Shown here one piece after another: positions 12,229 to 25,398 of a stretch of 64,000 nt of DNA. The stretch covers positions 620,001 to 684,000 of the forward strand of contig OZ237749.1 in assembly GCA_965178125.1 (NCBI GenBank), in the 5' to 3' direction. Below the pieces are notes generated by a model. The model made no database searches, was not told where the DNA came from, and was given only the letters and a program-made list of their open reading frames with translations. Made by a program: the position numbers and the translations under genes. The number at the start of each line of letters is the position of its first letter. Positions within the stretch are counted from its first letter, which is position 1. The DNA comes from Bilabrum cf. latius. Its lineage: Eukaryota.

Positions 12229-13139
12229 TCAAGAGGATGCACCGCTGCCGCTTGCTGCGCCCGCCCCGCCCTTAGCGGCGTCATCTCCGCTAGACATGGC
12301 TCCGGCGAGCGACTGCACCTCTGCCGCGAAGGCTGGGATGGTGATTCCCTTGATGGGACCGCCCATCTTGGCGGACTCCTCGATGACTTCCTCGGCCATG
12401 TCGCGCTCGCCCTGGATCGTCTTGATCGGGCGGCGCTTCCTTTCCACGGGCTCCATGAGTGCGCGGATCCACTCTTGCATATCGGACGAGTTCTTTGCAC
12501 GGCAAACAACACTCTTGGGGTACGCATGGATCTGCGGGGCGAAGTGTGCTGGACAGCATCCCAATTTCACTATGCTGGAGACGGCGAAGCAGCTATGCGA
12601 CTCGATGCTTCGCATTGCCATTACCAGTAGTTTAAACAGGGTCTGCCCCCATAGGTAACTCACCGCAAATTCGTTGTCGGTGCTGCCCTCGACCGCAGCC
12701 ACAAAGAAGGCGTTTAGGCGAATCACGTACGGCTTCTGTCCGCTCTTGAAGGCTGCCTCATTCGGGTAGTATTCCTGCAATAATTGGAACTGGAAATTGG
12801 AATCATTCGATATCATCGGGTACGAAGCAAGTCAACACCGTGTTTCGACCCCGAACGGATCGATGGACTCCAGTCTTGAGGACAATGGTGTAGACTCCTC
12901 CACAACGCCGCATGGAGCAACTCACGAGGTGCTTTCGCAATACAAAGAACTGCGGTGTGAAAAGTGCTGGACTGCAGAGAGCACAATTGATAGCAACTAT
13001 GCACATCGACAGCGCCACAAGCCGGATTGCGCCTTGGACTCACCCTCTCCCTCCAACTCTTGTGCCCACCTTCGGCGCCTCCTTGCTTCATAATAAGCCC
13101 TTGCTTCCGGATTGGTACATTCTCATCCAAGATCTCCAT
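12229..13139 (-). CDS. Small PH-domain protein, 4 coding exons
   Basis: Spliced reading MEILDENVPIRKQGLIMKQGGAEGGHKSWRER|FFVLRKHL|EYYPNE...NEFA|IHAYPKSVVCRAKNSSDMQEWIRAL. This fits the PH pattern (K.G.L.K, W+.R.FVL, C-terminal helix with W). GTGAG donors and CAG acceptors; ends TGA. Confidence 0.8.
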
Positions 13140-13446
13140 GCTGCAAGTCAAAAATCGATTGATGAAGTTAGCGAAAGATTTGCGCTTGGGATGCTTCCAG
13201 CCAGGCTTTCCAAGGAGATATCCCGCCAACAAGGGGAGAAATTCCATAATTACATCCAAATTATGTAGGTAACTCCCATCGGAAAGCTTCTTACCTACGA
13301 TTTGTGGTACTACACAGACGAATACGATAGCGCTGTTTTGGGTCCACCCGAATCTGCTTTTTTCGAATGCATTCGCTACAATCGGTCGCGGAACCTGGTC
13401 GCAAGAACACTCGCTAGTGCAACTGGTGTTGTTTGTCGGTTAAGCA

Positions 13447-14487
13447 ATGGACTCTGATCTACCGTCTCCATCGTTTGTCATAATTTTGGACCGATGCATG
13501 AAAAATTGCGGGAAGCTGCTAGCTTTGTGCGAGGGTGCAGGCGCAACTGCACGTCCACACCTCAAGACGCACAAATGCGCCAATGTGGCTCAAATCCAAG
13601 TGGGTGGGGACAAGTTGAAGCCCGTGGCTGTATCAACTGTAGCTGAGTTGAGATACTTTGCCTAGAAGGGGTTCCGGGACGTCTTATACGCTCTCCCGTA
13701 CGAGCCGTCGAAGGAGTCCGCAATCGCGAAGGTGCAGGAGGCTAATCCAGGGTTGAAACTGAGTCTCTACGCAGATTGCAGAGAAGGGATGAACCTAATA
13801 TCATCATACACAGCGAAACGGCCTGGAAGCTGTATGCCGGTGTATTTCGCTGTCGACACGCCTGGATACGGTCGTGAGGGTGCGGATCCGTCGTCCGATG
13901 ACGCCGTGCAGCTAGCATGCGATCTCGCAGACGGGATAGCGTACCCCAACTTACGACTTGAAGGCCTGTATTCTCATAGCGGAAACGCGTACAACTCCCC
14001 CGAGGAGGCCAGAAGCGTCGCTGCGCGCGAGCTATGGGGCATGGTGGAATTCTGCAAGCGCATGGCGGCGGCCGGCGCACGTCACCCTCCAGCACGGATC
14101 AGCATAGGATCCACTCCATCCTTCGCAAAGATCACTGTTGAAGACCTCAGGGAGGCACAAAAGGCTCTCAATGCCATCGAGTGGGGCGGCTCGATAGCAT
14201 CCAAACCCGCCGGTGTTGTTTCCGTGGGCTAGAAGGCCTCGCGAGAAGCTAGAGCTGAGCGCGATGGAGAAGAAAAACCAGCCACAGGCGAATCAGCAGC
14301 TGCCGGTAAGGGTGAAGCCGATTCGGCTTTACACCGTGAGAGAGAGGCCGTAGATGGCGGCCCAGTCGCGAAAAGAGCGCGTACAGAGGCAGCTGCCAGC
14401 ATCGCTGCCAAGAGCGGTGCGGCGGGTGGGACCACCACCTCTGGTGGAAGTGCAACCAGCGGTGCAGCTGAGAGCCATAGTGGCTCA

Positions 14488-14524
<37 letters not shown>

Positions 14525-15027
14525 GCAGCAGTGCTGCTGGGGCCACTGCGGGTGCATCAGATGATTCAGCGGGCGCTGGCAGCGGACCGAGGATCGAGCT
14601 CCACCCCGGTAATTACTCGCTGTACGACAGGCAGCAAGTAGCGAGCGGGGCTTGTTCCCTGGATGACGTGGCTTGCTATGTGGTATGTCGCGTGGTTAGC
14701 AAGAAATCTGACGGGCGAGTCCTAGTGGATGGTGGAGGCATGGCTCTCCACAAAGATACGGGGGGCAAAGGGGTGGATGGCTGGGGTGTTGTGCTCGGTG
14801 ACTCGGCCATGGACGTGGTGGGTGTATCGCAGGAAATTGCCACGTTGAAACCGAATGGAAGTGGTTCCCCGAAGGAGTACAGCCTCGGGGACCCGGTCAG
14901 GATTGTACCGAACCATTCCTGCATGACCGCTGCCATGCACCCGGTGTATCACTTCGTGGCGTCGGCCCCTGACGGTGCATCGGGCGTGAAAGTCGTGGGC
15001 TCTTGCGTGCCTGCAAAGTTCTGGTGA
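13447..15027 (+). CDS. PLP-dependent D-serine dehydratase / D-threonine aldolase-like enzyme (fold-type III), 526 aa, intronless
   Basis: Motifs RPHLKTHK (PLP lysine), VSTVAE, GLYSHSGNAY, SIGSTPS, ELHPGNY, VDGGGMALHKD, VSQE and RIVPNHSCMTAAMH lie in one frame. Two TAG (13663, 14230); ends TGA. Confidence 0.88.
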
Positions 15028-15372
15028 CTAGTGTGATGTTGGTTAACGCCTGTCTCCAACATCAACGCAGTATGCCCCTGCAATTCAAGTATGTCGTGTG
15101 CTCTGCAAGGCCCCGGCACGATTATAGTGTACATGAAATTGTCTTGCATCCAGGGTGCGTCCTGGTTTTTACCGTAGTATCGGGTACCGAACACGCTTGC
15201 TCGCGGTTCGCTTCATGTTGCGACCACTTCTGTGCTTGCGACACTAGACTTCATAATTCGCTTTGCAGAATCACCAGATTGGCCAACCGGTTCATTCCTA
15301 TAAAGTTAGATGAATTTATGAGTTGTATGACGTGGGAGCGGGCGCAATAAGCGGCTAATTCATCAGTTTGAT

Positions 15373-18300
15373 ATGCCAGCAGCTTCCAACGAAGGTGCAC
15401 CTCTTGCAAACGACCAAAGCCAGAGTGCGGCTCAGAATGAGATGGAAAGGCAACAAAGAGAGATTATTCGTGATTGGAACAAGCTGGACACCTTGAGTAA
15501 GGTGCAAGTGCGACGCGCAGAGTGCTCCGTATGGCTTTCCGTTGCGGCAGCTTTTGTGACAGTTGCCAGTCTCGAAGTTGCCCTGTACTACAAGTTGCCA
15601 TCACAACTTGTGGCTCCTAGCACGCGATGTCGTGAGCTTCCCGACGGGTTTCTAGATCACGGAGCCCCAGCCGCATGGACGAATGCAGCACCGTTTCCTG
15701 TTGCTAGCGTTGGCAACGCTTCGTCTCGACAGAGCTTCATCAACCTGAACTTTACTCGCGAGATTGTCGCAAATCAGTGGTTTGGCGGCTTTCGCTGCGA
15801 GCTGCAATCGCCGAACGAGGTTCTCGATGCGGCTCTGAACTTCTGGCCTCTGTTTGCAAAGTCCGGCTTGGATGCGGCCGTTCGAAGCGCGTCTGCCTCT
15901 AGGTTTGATAGCATCCAGTGGGAAGGTGGATCGCAAGTATTTTGGATGGCTGTTAATTTGCTTCGACTCATCGCTGCTCTGCTGGCATTGTGGGATATAG
16001 CGCAGTTGTACCTACTGTTCCAAGGCGTGATTCAAGAGAAAGTGCTCCGTAGAGAAGTGCCCCCGTGGGCTACACTGTGGACATATTCCCGCACGTGGAC
16101 CGTGTTTGTGTGGGAGTCGCTCGCCCGGCTGCTGCTTGTGCCCCCGCTGCTCGAGGCAGCCTTCCCGAACCCTAGCTTCGACGCAGGCCGATCCCTGGAT
16201 GACGCGCTCGCGAATCTGTCGGCCCGAAGCAGGGAACAAACCTGGGACGCCGACCCCCTGTTCCTCACTCGGTGGATAGAGGACGCGTTCCCATCCTGGT
16301 ATGCCGGAACAGCCTCACTGGTTGCGTACCTGACATGCCTCTCGCTGCTGCGGGTTGCGCTGTCGCTCCCGCGCTACATCTACTACTCCAGCGAACTGCT
16401 GCAGCCGCACGGGCAATTCATCAGCAGACTCACGTGGCAGAGACCCACGCTGGCATTCGTGACGAAGAAGACCGTCCACGAGTCCCCCCTGCAGACCACC
16501 GCGGGCGCCTTCCTCGCCCTCACGCTGCTGGCGGGGTACTGCCTTAGAACCGTCGAGACGATCGAGTGCCTGGCATACCCCGAGCTCAGGTGCGTGCCCC
16601 TGTCTTACTTCGAAGCGACCTACACGGCCTTTATCAGCTTCGTCACCGTGGGATACGGGGCGCCCTTCGTACCAAAGGGGAGTGCTGGCAGGCTGGTCGT
16701 GCTAGTCGGGTCCGTCCTCGCCCTCGTCATCACCTCCGTGGCGGTGAGCGTGGTGATCCTATGGTTCCGGTTTAGCGCGGGGGAGGACCTGCTCCACGTG
16801 CTCATCCGCCGATTCATCCAGCGCGGCCGCAAGGAGGCCCGGGCGGCGCTGGCGATCCAGGAGGCGTGGAGGCAGGCGCAGCAGATGAGACAGTCTCTGC
16901 TGTGGGCCCCAGGCGTCACGGACGGCGTCGTGTTCCGGCCCGTGTCCTCGCGGATGGAGACAGAAGCCGGTGCGCTGCAGGCTGTGCACGACTGGCGCAA
17001 ATACCGGTCGACCGTGAAGCGCAGCCGACTCGACGCGGAGGTATCCGCCAAGAAGAGGCTTCTTAGCACGTGGGCAGTGGCCTACATGGAGGACATCGGG
17101 GAGGCACTCACGGGTCTTTCTGAGCGGCTTGTGCCCGAGGACCAGGCCAAGCAGATCTAGGACATTCTTTCGAGGCGCGACTCGATGTGTGTGGGCGCCC
17201 CACTCACGCCGAAGAAGAGCAGAGTCGAGCGGGCGAGATCGAGCCTATGGGGACAGACGAAACCCTTCCTGCCCGACGGATGGGAGTCAGATCCAGACGC
17301 CGACTCTGCGAGCGAGCACGGTGGGCGAACCTCCCCCCCCGTACCTCAAGAGCAGCTCAAGCCCGCGGAAGGGGGAGCCCTCGCGCAGTGGGCCGCCGCG
17401 ACCACCCCGCATCGCGGTACTCACGCCGACGAGACCGCGCTGAACCCGTTCCGGGCGTCGCGCAGCAACGGCAGTCGCGAGGGTCCCCGAACAAAGCCTG
17501 GTTTGTCGGAGTATCCTGATGCCCCGCACCACAACTCCAAGGGGACCATGAAGTCAAAGCGGTCTTCCGTAGCGGGCTCGGCGGGCAGGAGGAACTCTGC
17601 CGCCTCTGTCAGCTCTCACCGATCCCGTGTCGGCAGTATTGGGCCAGCACTGGAGCAAAAGATCAGGGAAGAGAGGCAGAAGCAGCAGCAGCAGGCAGCC
17701 AACGAGTCCCCGTTCCGCTCCGTGGCCAGGCACCTCAGCCACAGGGACAGGGTCGCGGACCAGCGCAGGCGATCGGTGGAGGTGGCGAGGGAGGCAGCGA
17801 AGGAGCAGTCGGAGAACAGGAGCAGGCGTGCAAGTAGCGCCTCTCGCCGCGGCAGCAGCGCCAGCCAGGTTCTGGGGTCTGGCAGGCGGCGGGGCAGCAG
17901 CGCTTCGGAGTCCCGCCGTGGGAGCAAGGTGTCCTCCGCTGACGGCATTGCTGGAGGTGGCAAGGGCAGGCGAAGGGCCAGCAGTGGGGGCTCTCGAGGG
18001 GACATGGGGGTGGATCGGCCTGCATCTGGTGCCGCAGGGAGAGATGCAGCAGCGGCATTGGCTAGGAAACACGACGGGCGTATGGATGTGGGGCATGGAG
18101 GAGAATTGCCGCAGTCGCGAGTGGGCGGCAGCGGCGGCGGCGTGCAGCTCATAGGCGAACCTCAGAGTGGCGGCAGCTGGGGCGAAGGCCCCCATGAAGA
18201 TGAAGATCTAGCGAGGCATGTCATCTGTGGTTCTTCTGAGACGTCTAGGTCAAGCGCGGCGGACGGGCGCGCGCTGCAGCCTCCCCCTGCCATGGACCAG

Positions 18301-18393
18301 CCGGACCTGCTCTCGATCCTGTCCAAAATCGATAGTGAGCTGGATCGGGCAACGACTCAGGCATCAGAGCTCTCCGCACCGAGACGTTCTTGA
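15373..18393 (+). CDS. 6TM K+ channel, SK/KCNN-like (Ca2+-activated), ~1006 aa with disordered C-tail
   Basis: Several TM helices, pore AFISFVTVGYG, S6 GRLVVLVGSVLALV and a CaM-binding-like RAALAIQEAWR. TAG 17158 joins ORFs 15373-17160 and 17185-18393 in frame; ends TGA. Confidence 0.8.
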
Positions 18394-19204
18394 AAGTGTC
18401 TGCCTGATCTGACTCTGCCTCAGAGTGTTCGCGTGCGGCAGGATGAGGGCAGTCACGGAGTCTACGTGCTAGCTGGAGCGCCAATGCCGCATGGGCGGCG
18501 TCCGAGCGGTTAGTATGCACACCTCATGCTTCGAGTGCCGAAGCAACGAGCTTATCAGTGCGCACCGATGATGCTTGACAGCTGGAAGATCTTCTTAAAT
18601 GTAGACCGGTGGGGCCTTCGTGGCAACGGCACGTCTACAATGGAACTATTGTAGTCAAGCCGTGCTCAGGTGCGGTGAAGAACCAAGTGGTCCGGCCGGG
18701 GCCTTGTTGACAGCGGGGCCGTGGAAGGTAGCTTGGCGAAGGTACACAGGTTGCTGCACAGGTCGGATCTCTTTCTTGAGGTCGCTGTAGACGGAGTGCA
18801 GGAACTTCGTGCGGATGGAGGTATTGTGGGAGCTTTCAACCAAGCCATGCATTCTGTGGACAGCCCCAGCTCGACGTCTCGGTCTGCGAGGCCGCGTGGA
18901 CTTTCGTTGTCACCAAGCGCGGGTGCGCGTGAAGCCCTGCCAATATTTGTGACGTTTTCAACTCGCCCGAAGACGGCGGATGCCGTGCGAAAAACGCCTT
19001 GGGTCGCAGAGGAGTTGGACACAGACTTCGGATCTTACGATGCGATCAGCATGATTTGAGACCTGATTGCTGTGGATTGACAGTGAATTAAAGGTATCTT
19101 ATTTAAAGAGACTTCCTTCATAATAAATCATGAACACCTCGTCTGGCTCCCCACCCTTCTGTCCCTAACTTATCTTAGAAGCTGTGACTGCGGCGGATAC
19201 CCAC

Positions 19205-22200
19205 TCAACGCGGTATCGCAAGCAGCACTGCCCCAAGTATGATCGGAGTAAATGCATGAAGGCTTAAGGCTACAAAAGGTATTGTACCTTCATTCCTAAC
19301 GTGTGGACCGCTTGTATCGTACACTGCGTCAGACGCGTTGTCGTTCTGGCCTGGAAGTGATGATGGGATGCCGCTGGTGCTCATCGATGGGCTGCTGCTG
19401 GCCGATGGGCTGGCACTGGTGCTCACCGATGGACTGGCACTGGTGCTCACCGACGAGCTGCTGCTGGTGCTCACGGACGGGCTGCTGCTGGTGCTCACCG
19501 ACGGGCTGCTGCTGGTGCTCACCGAAGGGCTGCTGCTGGCCGATGATGGGCCGGCGCTGGTGCTGGTCGATGGGCTGGCGCTGGTGCTCGCCGATGGGCT
19601 GCTGCTGGCCGATGGGCTGCCACTGGTGCTCGCCGATGGGCTGCTGCTGGCCGATGGGCTGGCACTGGTGCTCACCGATGGACTGGCACTGGTGCTCACC
19701 GACGGGCTGCTGCTGGTGCTCACCGACGGGCTGCTGCTGGTGCTCACCGACGGGCTGCTGCTGGTGCTCACCGATGGGCTGCTGCTGGCCGATGATGGGC
19801 CGGCGCTGGTGCTGGTCGATGGGCGGGCACTGGTGCTCGCCGATGGGCTGGTGCTGGCCGATGGGCTGGCACTGGTGCTCACCGATGGGCCGGCGCTGGT
19901 GCTCACCGATGGACTCGGGCTTGCAGATGGTATCGGTGTTGCTGAGGGGCATAATCCAAGGGCGACATTTATAGCACTAGTGTCTGTGCGTGCCGCTGAT
20001 GCCGCAGCCTGTAGTGTCTAGCTCCTAATTACAGGTACCTACGCCGAAAATGACAGCTTCATCTCTATTGGGATGCTGCCAGCGTCAAATGCTGACACCG
20101 ATTCCGTGAGAAACCACATGGAAAAAGTGCCGCCTGTTGCTGACCCAACTGTGTTGGCCTGCACAGCCGCCTGCAGACCGGACCCCGGGCACGCACCGGT
20201 GCCGGCATCATCGTTAAATGCCACTACGTCGCCATTGTTGAGGCTATTGCTAGGACAAGCAAGTAGCGCCCATAACACTGGGTCGGTCACCTGTCCTTGC
20301 CGCGCGGATGCCCCGCTTCCTTCAATCTCAAGGCAGGCAATCGAATCGAGCGGTTGCTGGCACGTTTCTTGTGCTGAAAGCTGCACGGCCTCCACATTGT
20401 CCCGGCATGTCGTGGCTGAAATAGAATCCAATTGCCACTGAGTAGCAGTCTTCTAGAATCGCTACGCAGCACCACCTGCTAAGCTTGCCAAGCTCGCAGC
20501 CAGCTCGGCGGAGTGAACCGCTAGCAGCATCGCAGGGTCTTCGACAACGTCCCCGACCTGCATGCTCTCCGCTGCCGAGCACCCGAACGAGCCATTCCAC
20601 ACTGCAATAAAGCCAGCAGCACCAAGGTGCTCGTTCACGCCAGTCATGTTCACTACGACTTCTCCAAACCCTTCAGGGGAGGCGCCACCGAAATATGAAG
20701 CCGACGACGTTGACCCGACGCTGAGATCCACCCAGGCTGCCAGCCTGACAGTGGCACGCACAGATGCAGCTCCCACTAACACCTCGGAGTGATTGGTCAA
20801 GACTTGCTCCTGCACGATACTCGTTGACAGGATCTCGGTGTGAACCACTGCGGCAGACTCGCCTGTAGCGGCGCTTGCGCCAGTAGATACCACAGATACT
20901 TTAGTGAATGCGTCGGCAACCTGGTCGACGGTGCGATTGGTAGCCATTGCTGCATCACTGGCATCGTTGTGTACCGCCTGCCCAATGCTAGCTCGTAGTG
21001 CCAGACGCGGTCGCAGGTCTTCCTGGCACTCACTGCCAAGGAAGAAACACCCGCACGTGCACGATCCCACCAAGCCGTCGCAAGCAGGAGCGCCTGCAGC
21101 GTTACAATTGGCAGGACAACCTGCGTGGCAATTAGTACGAGGGTATAACCCCTGCATCGATGCATTGTTCAGACCATAATCGTCAAGAAGCCCCCCTGCA
21201 GGCATGGGCACCGTTGAATTTGGCCTCAGGTGCAGGAGCAAGTCAGGGTGATTGGACGGCACACTAGTCCCACTAGCCTGGATAGTACCAGGAGTGGCAT
21301 CGCAAGTCACCGCTGACTTCATTGCCCTCGCGAGTGGCCGCAAATGCGCCGAACGGGCACCATCGATAGCTACTGCAACGGCGCCTGCAACGTGTGGCGA
21401 CGCCATGGAAGTGCCAGATAGGGACGCGTTACCTACCGACCCTGACGGCTGGTTCGGGAACGCTGCAACGATTTCGCTGCCGGGGGCTTGCAACGATACA
21501 CACTTCCCACGGTTGGAGAAGATAGACACGGCATCGTTTATTGCAGTCGAACCTACTGTGATGGGGGCTTGGCTTCCCGCAGGTGACTAGGTGCATGCAT
21601 CTGCTGCACTGTTGCCCGCAGCCACAACCGGCACTAGTCCGTACGTGTACATGGCATCTACTGCATCATCTAGCACTTGCACTCTGGAAGAGATACCAAG
21701 CGACAGGTTGATAACGCCGATGGCCTCTGCCCCTGCGTCGTCGTCGACACTTCCATCCTCATCATCGGAAGCATCAGTGCCGTTGTTAGCTGACCCAGCC
21801 GACCGCCTGGCTGGACGGATGTTTGCGATCCTCTACGCATCCTAGGCGGCAAAGTCCAGTCCATCCAGGATGTGATCGAGGGTGCCCCCACCGGTGCAGC
21901 CGAGCACCCGTATCGGCACGATGACCGAGCTAGGCGCCACCCCTAGGCGAGACCCAGCCGCGGTGCCGGCCACGTGGGTCCCGTGGCCCTCGCTCGAGCA
22001 GGACTGAAACGCCTGAAATCGTCCGTCTTCAACAGTTGGAGCCATCGTAGCGCTTGTGTAGCTTGAATATCCTCGAGCCACGCGGTGGCCTGTGGCTGGG
22101 AAAACGCGCTGCACCTCTTCCTGCGCCGCCGCAGAGAGGGCGATGTCACCGTCAGATGGGGCGAGAGCGGGATCAGCGCCTGCCACCACGGCGTCCTCAT

Positions 22201-23564
22201 ACAAATCATATGCAGATGATCCCGCGTGCAGCCTATCAAACTCCCTCAGTGATGCTTCTGTGCCGCTGTCCACCACGTAGATGGGCACGTGCGCGCCAGT
22301 GTGCAGCTACGACGTGCGCTGGTCCAGCTACCTGGTCCTAGCGTCGATTCGGTCCAAACCCCAGGACTACACATCCAATCTAGTCAGTTGAGGGGCAATA
22401 ACGGTTGTTGAGTTCGTTCCGGAAGTGGGCAATGCTTCCATCATGCGGCTGTGGTCTCTGCTGCCGGTGCCGGGCTGCACGACACCATCCGCGCCCCTCA
22501 GTCTCCTGCCATATTCCCGGTCTGTTGCTTGCACTTTCACATTTGGAACGACTGATCGCACCTCGGGCAGCTGCTGTAAGTAGCGAATGACCGGAGCAGT
22601 TGCTTCAAGCGCGAGGGCGACCACTAGCGGCAGAGTGGGCTTCCTCCTGGTTGCCACTGCAGCAGCACCACCTAGACGTCGCCGAGAAGATGTGCGATTG
22701 CCCGGCGATTCTGCCTCATCGTTTGTACTAGTACCATGCTTGAACAGATGGGAAAATGCTGGATGCTCGCCCAGGGCTGCTAGAGCTGCCCGGTCCACGT
22801 CGTGCTCCACCATAAAATACTCGCCTGCTCCCTTTGCTCCGTTGGAGCGTGCTGCGATTGCTCGCCGCGAAATGTGCGCTATGATGTGCGCACCTAAAGG
22901 GGCTTGGTTGCTTGCAACTGGTGGTGCATAGTCGGAGTTTGTCGTCGCGTCGTGGGCTCCGTTCCCAGTACTCCACGCCCGAAACTGCTGCCACTGGTCC
23001 ACTCCCTGGAATGACGAGAGCGCCCTACTTCTCGCCCTTGCAGACATTTCTGCTGAGTCGGGGCGAATACCTCCAATCACACCAGATATGTTGCAATGGA
23101 ATCCCGGCAGGGAATCATTTAGGTCTATGGCTGCGAGTTGGTGCGCAAGCCTGACGCGCATCAGTTCGTCGTCGATGAGCTGCTCGGCGACTTCGAGCTA
23201 CGATGAGACTCGCTGCGAAAAACCAGTAGATATGCACTATAATTACCATCGGAAGTGTACGCGGGCGCATGGAACAACGGGAAATTACTTCAATTTAACC
23301 AAGCACGTGCCACGCTCTTACCATCGCTCTTCTTGCCTCTGAGTGAGCATATCCCACATTGAGCCCCGTTTTTCTTTCAAACTATCTAGTTTGATATGTA
23401 TGACCGCCATGAAGTCGTGGAGGAAGCCGAATGAAAGCCAAAACAGCTGCAGTTGCACCAGAAGCATCCCCAGTCGCGGGGAATAATGCATGAGAATACT
23501 CTTTTCCAGACACAGATACAGCAGAATATAATAAGATGTGGTATAATAACGTTAATCTCCCCAT
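19205..23564 (-). CDS. Subtilisin-like serine protease (S8, proteinase K type) with signal peptide, EGF-like Cys module, Ser/Thr/Pro stalk and hydrophobic C-terminus
   Basis: Signal peptide MGRLTLLYHILLYSAVSVSG; intron 23213-23321. Motifs WGLDRID, IYVVDSG (Asp), GHGTHVAG (His), VINLSLG, VVAAGN, GTSMASPHVAG (Ser). About 12 in-frame TAG; ends TGA. Confidence 0.9.
19368..19920 (-). repeat. Coding tandem repeat (24/18-bp units, SPSVSTSS-like) with a 249-bp higher-order duplication
   Basis: The GATGATGGGCCGGCGCTGGTGCTGGTCGATGGG block recurs at 19542 and 19791; encodes the mucin-like stalk. Confidence 0.92.
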
Positions 23565-23883
23565 GACAATAGATTATCTCAGATTGTGTGTGTGAGGGGG
23601 CCGCCACGGTAACCCACCGCTCGACCGCGAAACCACTCGCAAAAGGTTCCCGGCGAACCACCGACAACTAGGGTTTGGCTTTTCCTCCATTGAAGACGAT
23701 CTGGGTCACAATTTCTGGAAGCTCTCTCAGATCTTTTTGATCATGCATCTATTGTAGAGTGTTGCTGGCTTTTCGCGCAGATAATTATCAGCGTACAGAT
23801 TTGGACAGTTTGCAACGTGTCTGGCGTCCACTTTGGACTCTACAACTCTCATTTCAGAGAAAGTCCAGAAGTTTTAGTGCGAA

Positions 23884-25398
23884 ATGAAGGCAGCACCTAC
23901 TAAGACTACTAAATTGTAGCCACTGATGCTGCTTGGGGCTGACCTGTCCGAGTATTCCCCCGGAATGCAATAGTTGCTCCTTGGCTTGCTGGCATTCGTT
24001 GCAATTAGTGCAGCAGCTCTTGCCTAGGAGTACGCCATCAAGTCGCTGAATTTCAAGCACACGATGGTGTTTACAGCTACCATACCGTTCGCAACTGCCG
24101 CCTTTGGAGCCGGTTTTGGAGGCTTGTCTGGGCGAAAGGCACCGCTTCCCCTTCACTTGCTCTGTGGTGTGCTAGGATACGCAACCTTCGAATTTAGCAA
24201 CTTGTCCCCAATCTACAACAATTATCCGACGCATACGATGTGCAAGAGCGCAAAGATCTTGCCGACCATCGCGATTGGGATGCTGGTGCTCGGCAAGCAG
24301 TACGCACCACTGGAATACCTGGCGGCTGCTCTCCTCGTGGCAGGACTCGCCGTGTTCCTGCAAGCAGACGCAGCGGCAACGCCCAACTTCGAACCGGCTG
24401 GCATCGGGATTATTGGCCTCGCCTTGCTCTGCGACGCCGTGATGTCCAACGTCCAGGAGCGCATGTTCAAGAAGCACGGGTGCTCTCAGAACGAGATGGC
24501 AGCCTACACGATGGGCACCGCCTTCGCGTGCAGCGCCATCGTCGGGATCTCGTTCGGGTCTTACATGGATGGATTCGCGGAGGCGTTCGGCTCTGCCCCA
24601 GTCTTTCTGTGCATCTTCGCGTTCGCAGTGGGCAACTACCTCACTACGCTCGTCATTTTCACCATGCTGGGACGATTCGGGGCCGCATCCACGGTGTTCA
24701 CAACGTCCGTGTGCAAGGCCGGTTCCATGGCTCTGTCCTTCCTTGTGATGCCCAAGGCGTTCACCCTCTGGCATATGGTGGGTGTGCTGCTAGTGGGGGG
24801 CGGGGTCTATGCGAATTTGGTTGCCCGAAGGGACAAGGAGAAGGAGAAGGACGGTAGTCTGCGTCCTCCCGCCGGAGTGGCGGGCAGTCCCGCAATGCTC
24901 GAGTCTGAACTCGTGAAGATGAAGATGCCTTCGGCCGCCGGCAGGGGAACGCTTCTCGGCCCCCCTGTGCAGCCAGGGCTGCCCAGCTCCAGCCCGACCA
25001 GGCGCCAGTGGAAGTCCTCGTCGGCGCCCTCGTTCGATGCCAAGGCCACTTAGTCTGGGGGCATCGGGAGCAGTGGCATTGCGGAGGATGAAGATGAAGA
25101 TGAAGATGAAGATGCAATGACCGAGGATCCCGTAGATATTCGTTCCGCTGCCACCACTGGCGCTGAAGGGCAGTAGGTCGGGAGCTCTGGTTGCTTTCAT
25201 CAGTTGGCCGACTCGGGGACGGAGAGCCCGAGGGGGTCGCTTGCAGAGCCGATTGGCTCATCGGGCGGGGCGGGGCCACCACCTGCTGGATGTCATCATT
25301 GGAGGGAGGATGGGCAAGAGGATAGAGTGGCGGAAGAAGACGAACGAGATTCGCTTAGCCACGGAATCGGCAGGGAAAGGCGAAAGGCTGCAGAATAA
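23884..25398 (+). CDS. SLC35B/UAA-family nucleotide-sugar or PAPS transporter (SLC35B3-like)
   Basis: LLGADLSEYS...LA[TAG]EYAI, NYPTHTMCKSAKILPTIAIGMLVLGKQY, ALLCDAVMSNVQERMF; about 10 TM helices. Five TAG; ends TAA. Confidence 0.85.

Noticed and set aside
13447-15027. Recent bacterial horizontal transfer of the intronless D-serine dehydratase-like gene
   Set aside because: The family also occurs in eukaryotes, many genes here are intronless, and it uses host TAG codons and host-like inserts. No phylogeny is available to support transfer.
18394-19059. Protein-like frame downstream of the SK channel (possible TGA readthrough or extra gene)
   Set aside because: Interrupted by TGA at 18391 and 18676, with no recognisable motif and no convincing splice solution. 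Left unannotated.
19303-20021. Plus-strand ORFs with LVLTDGLL or CCWCS repeats resembling LRR or Cys-rich proteins
   Set aside because: These are antisense or alternate-frame shadows of the subtilisin Ser/Thr/Pro repeat.
21587-21589. TAG as Tyr, suggested by subtilisin DACT[TAG]SPA (often ACxYSPA)
   Set aside because: That position is variable in S8 proteases, and the PRORP, SLC35B and repeat evidence favours Gln.
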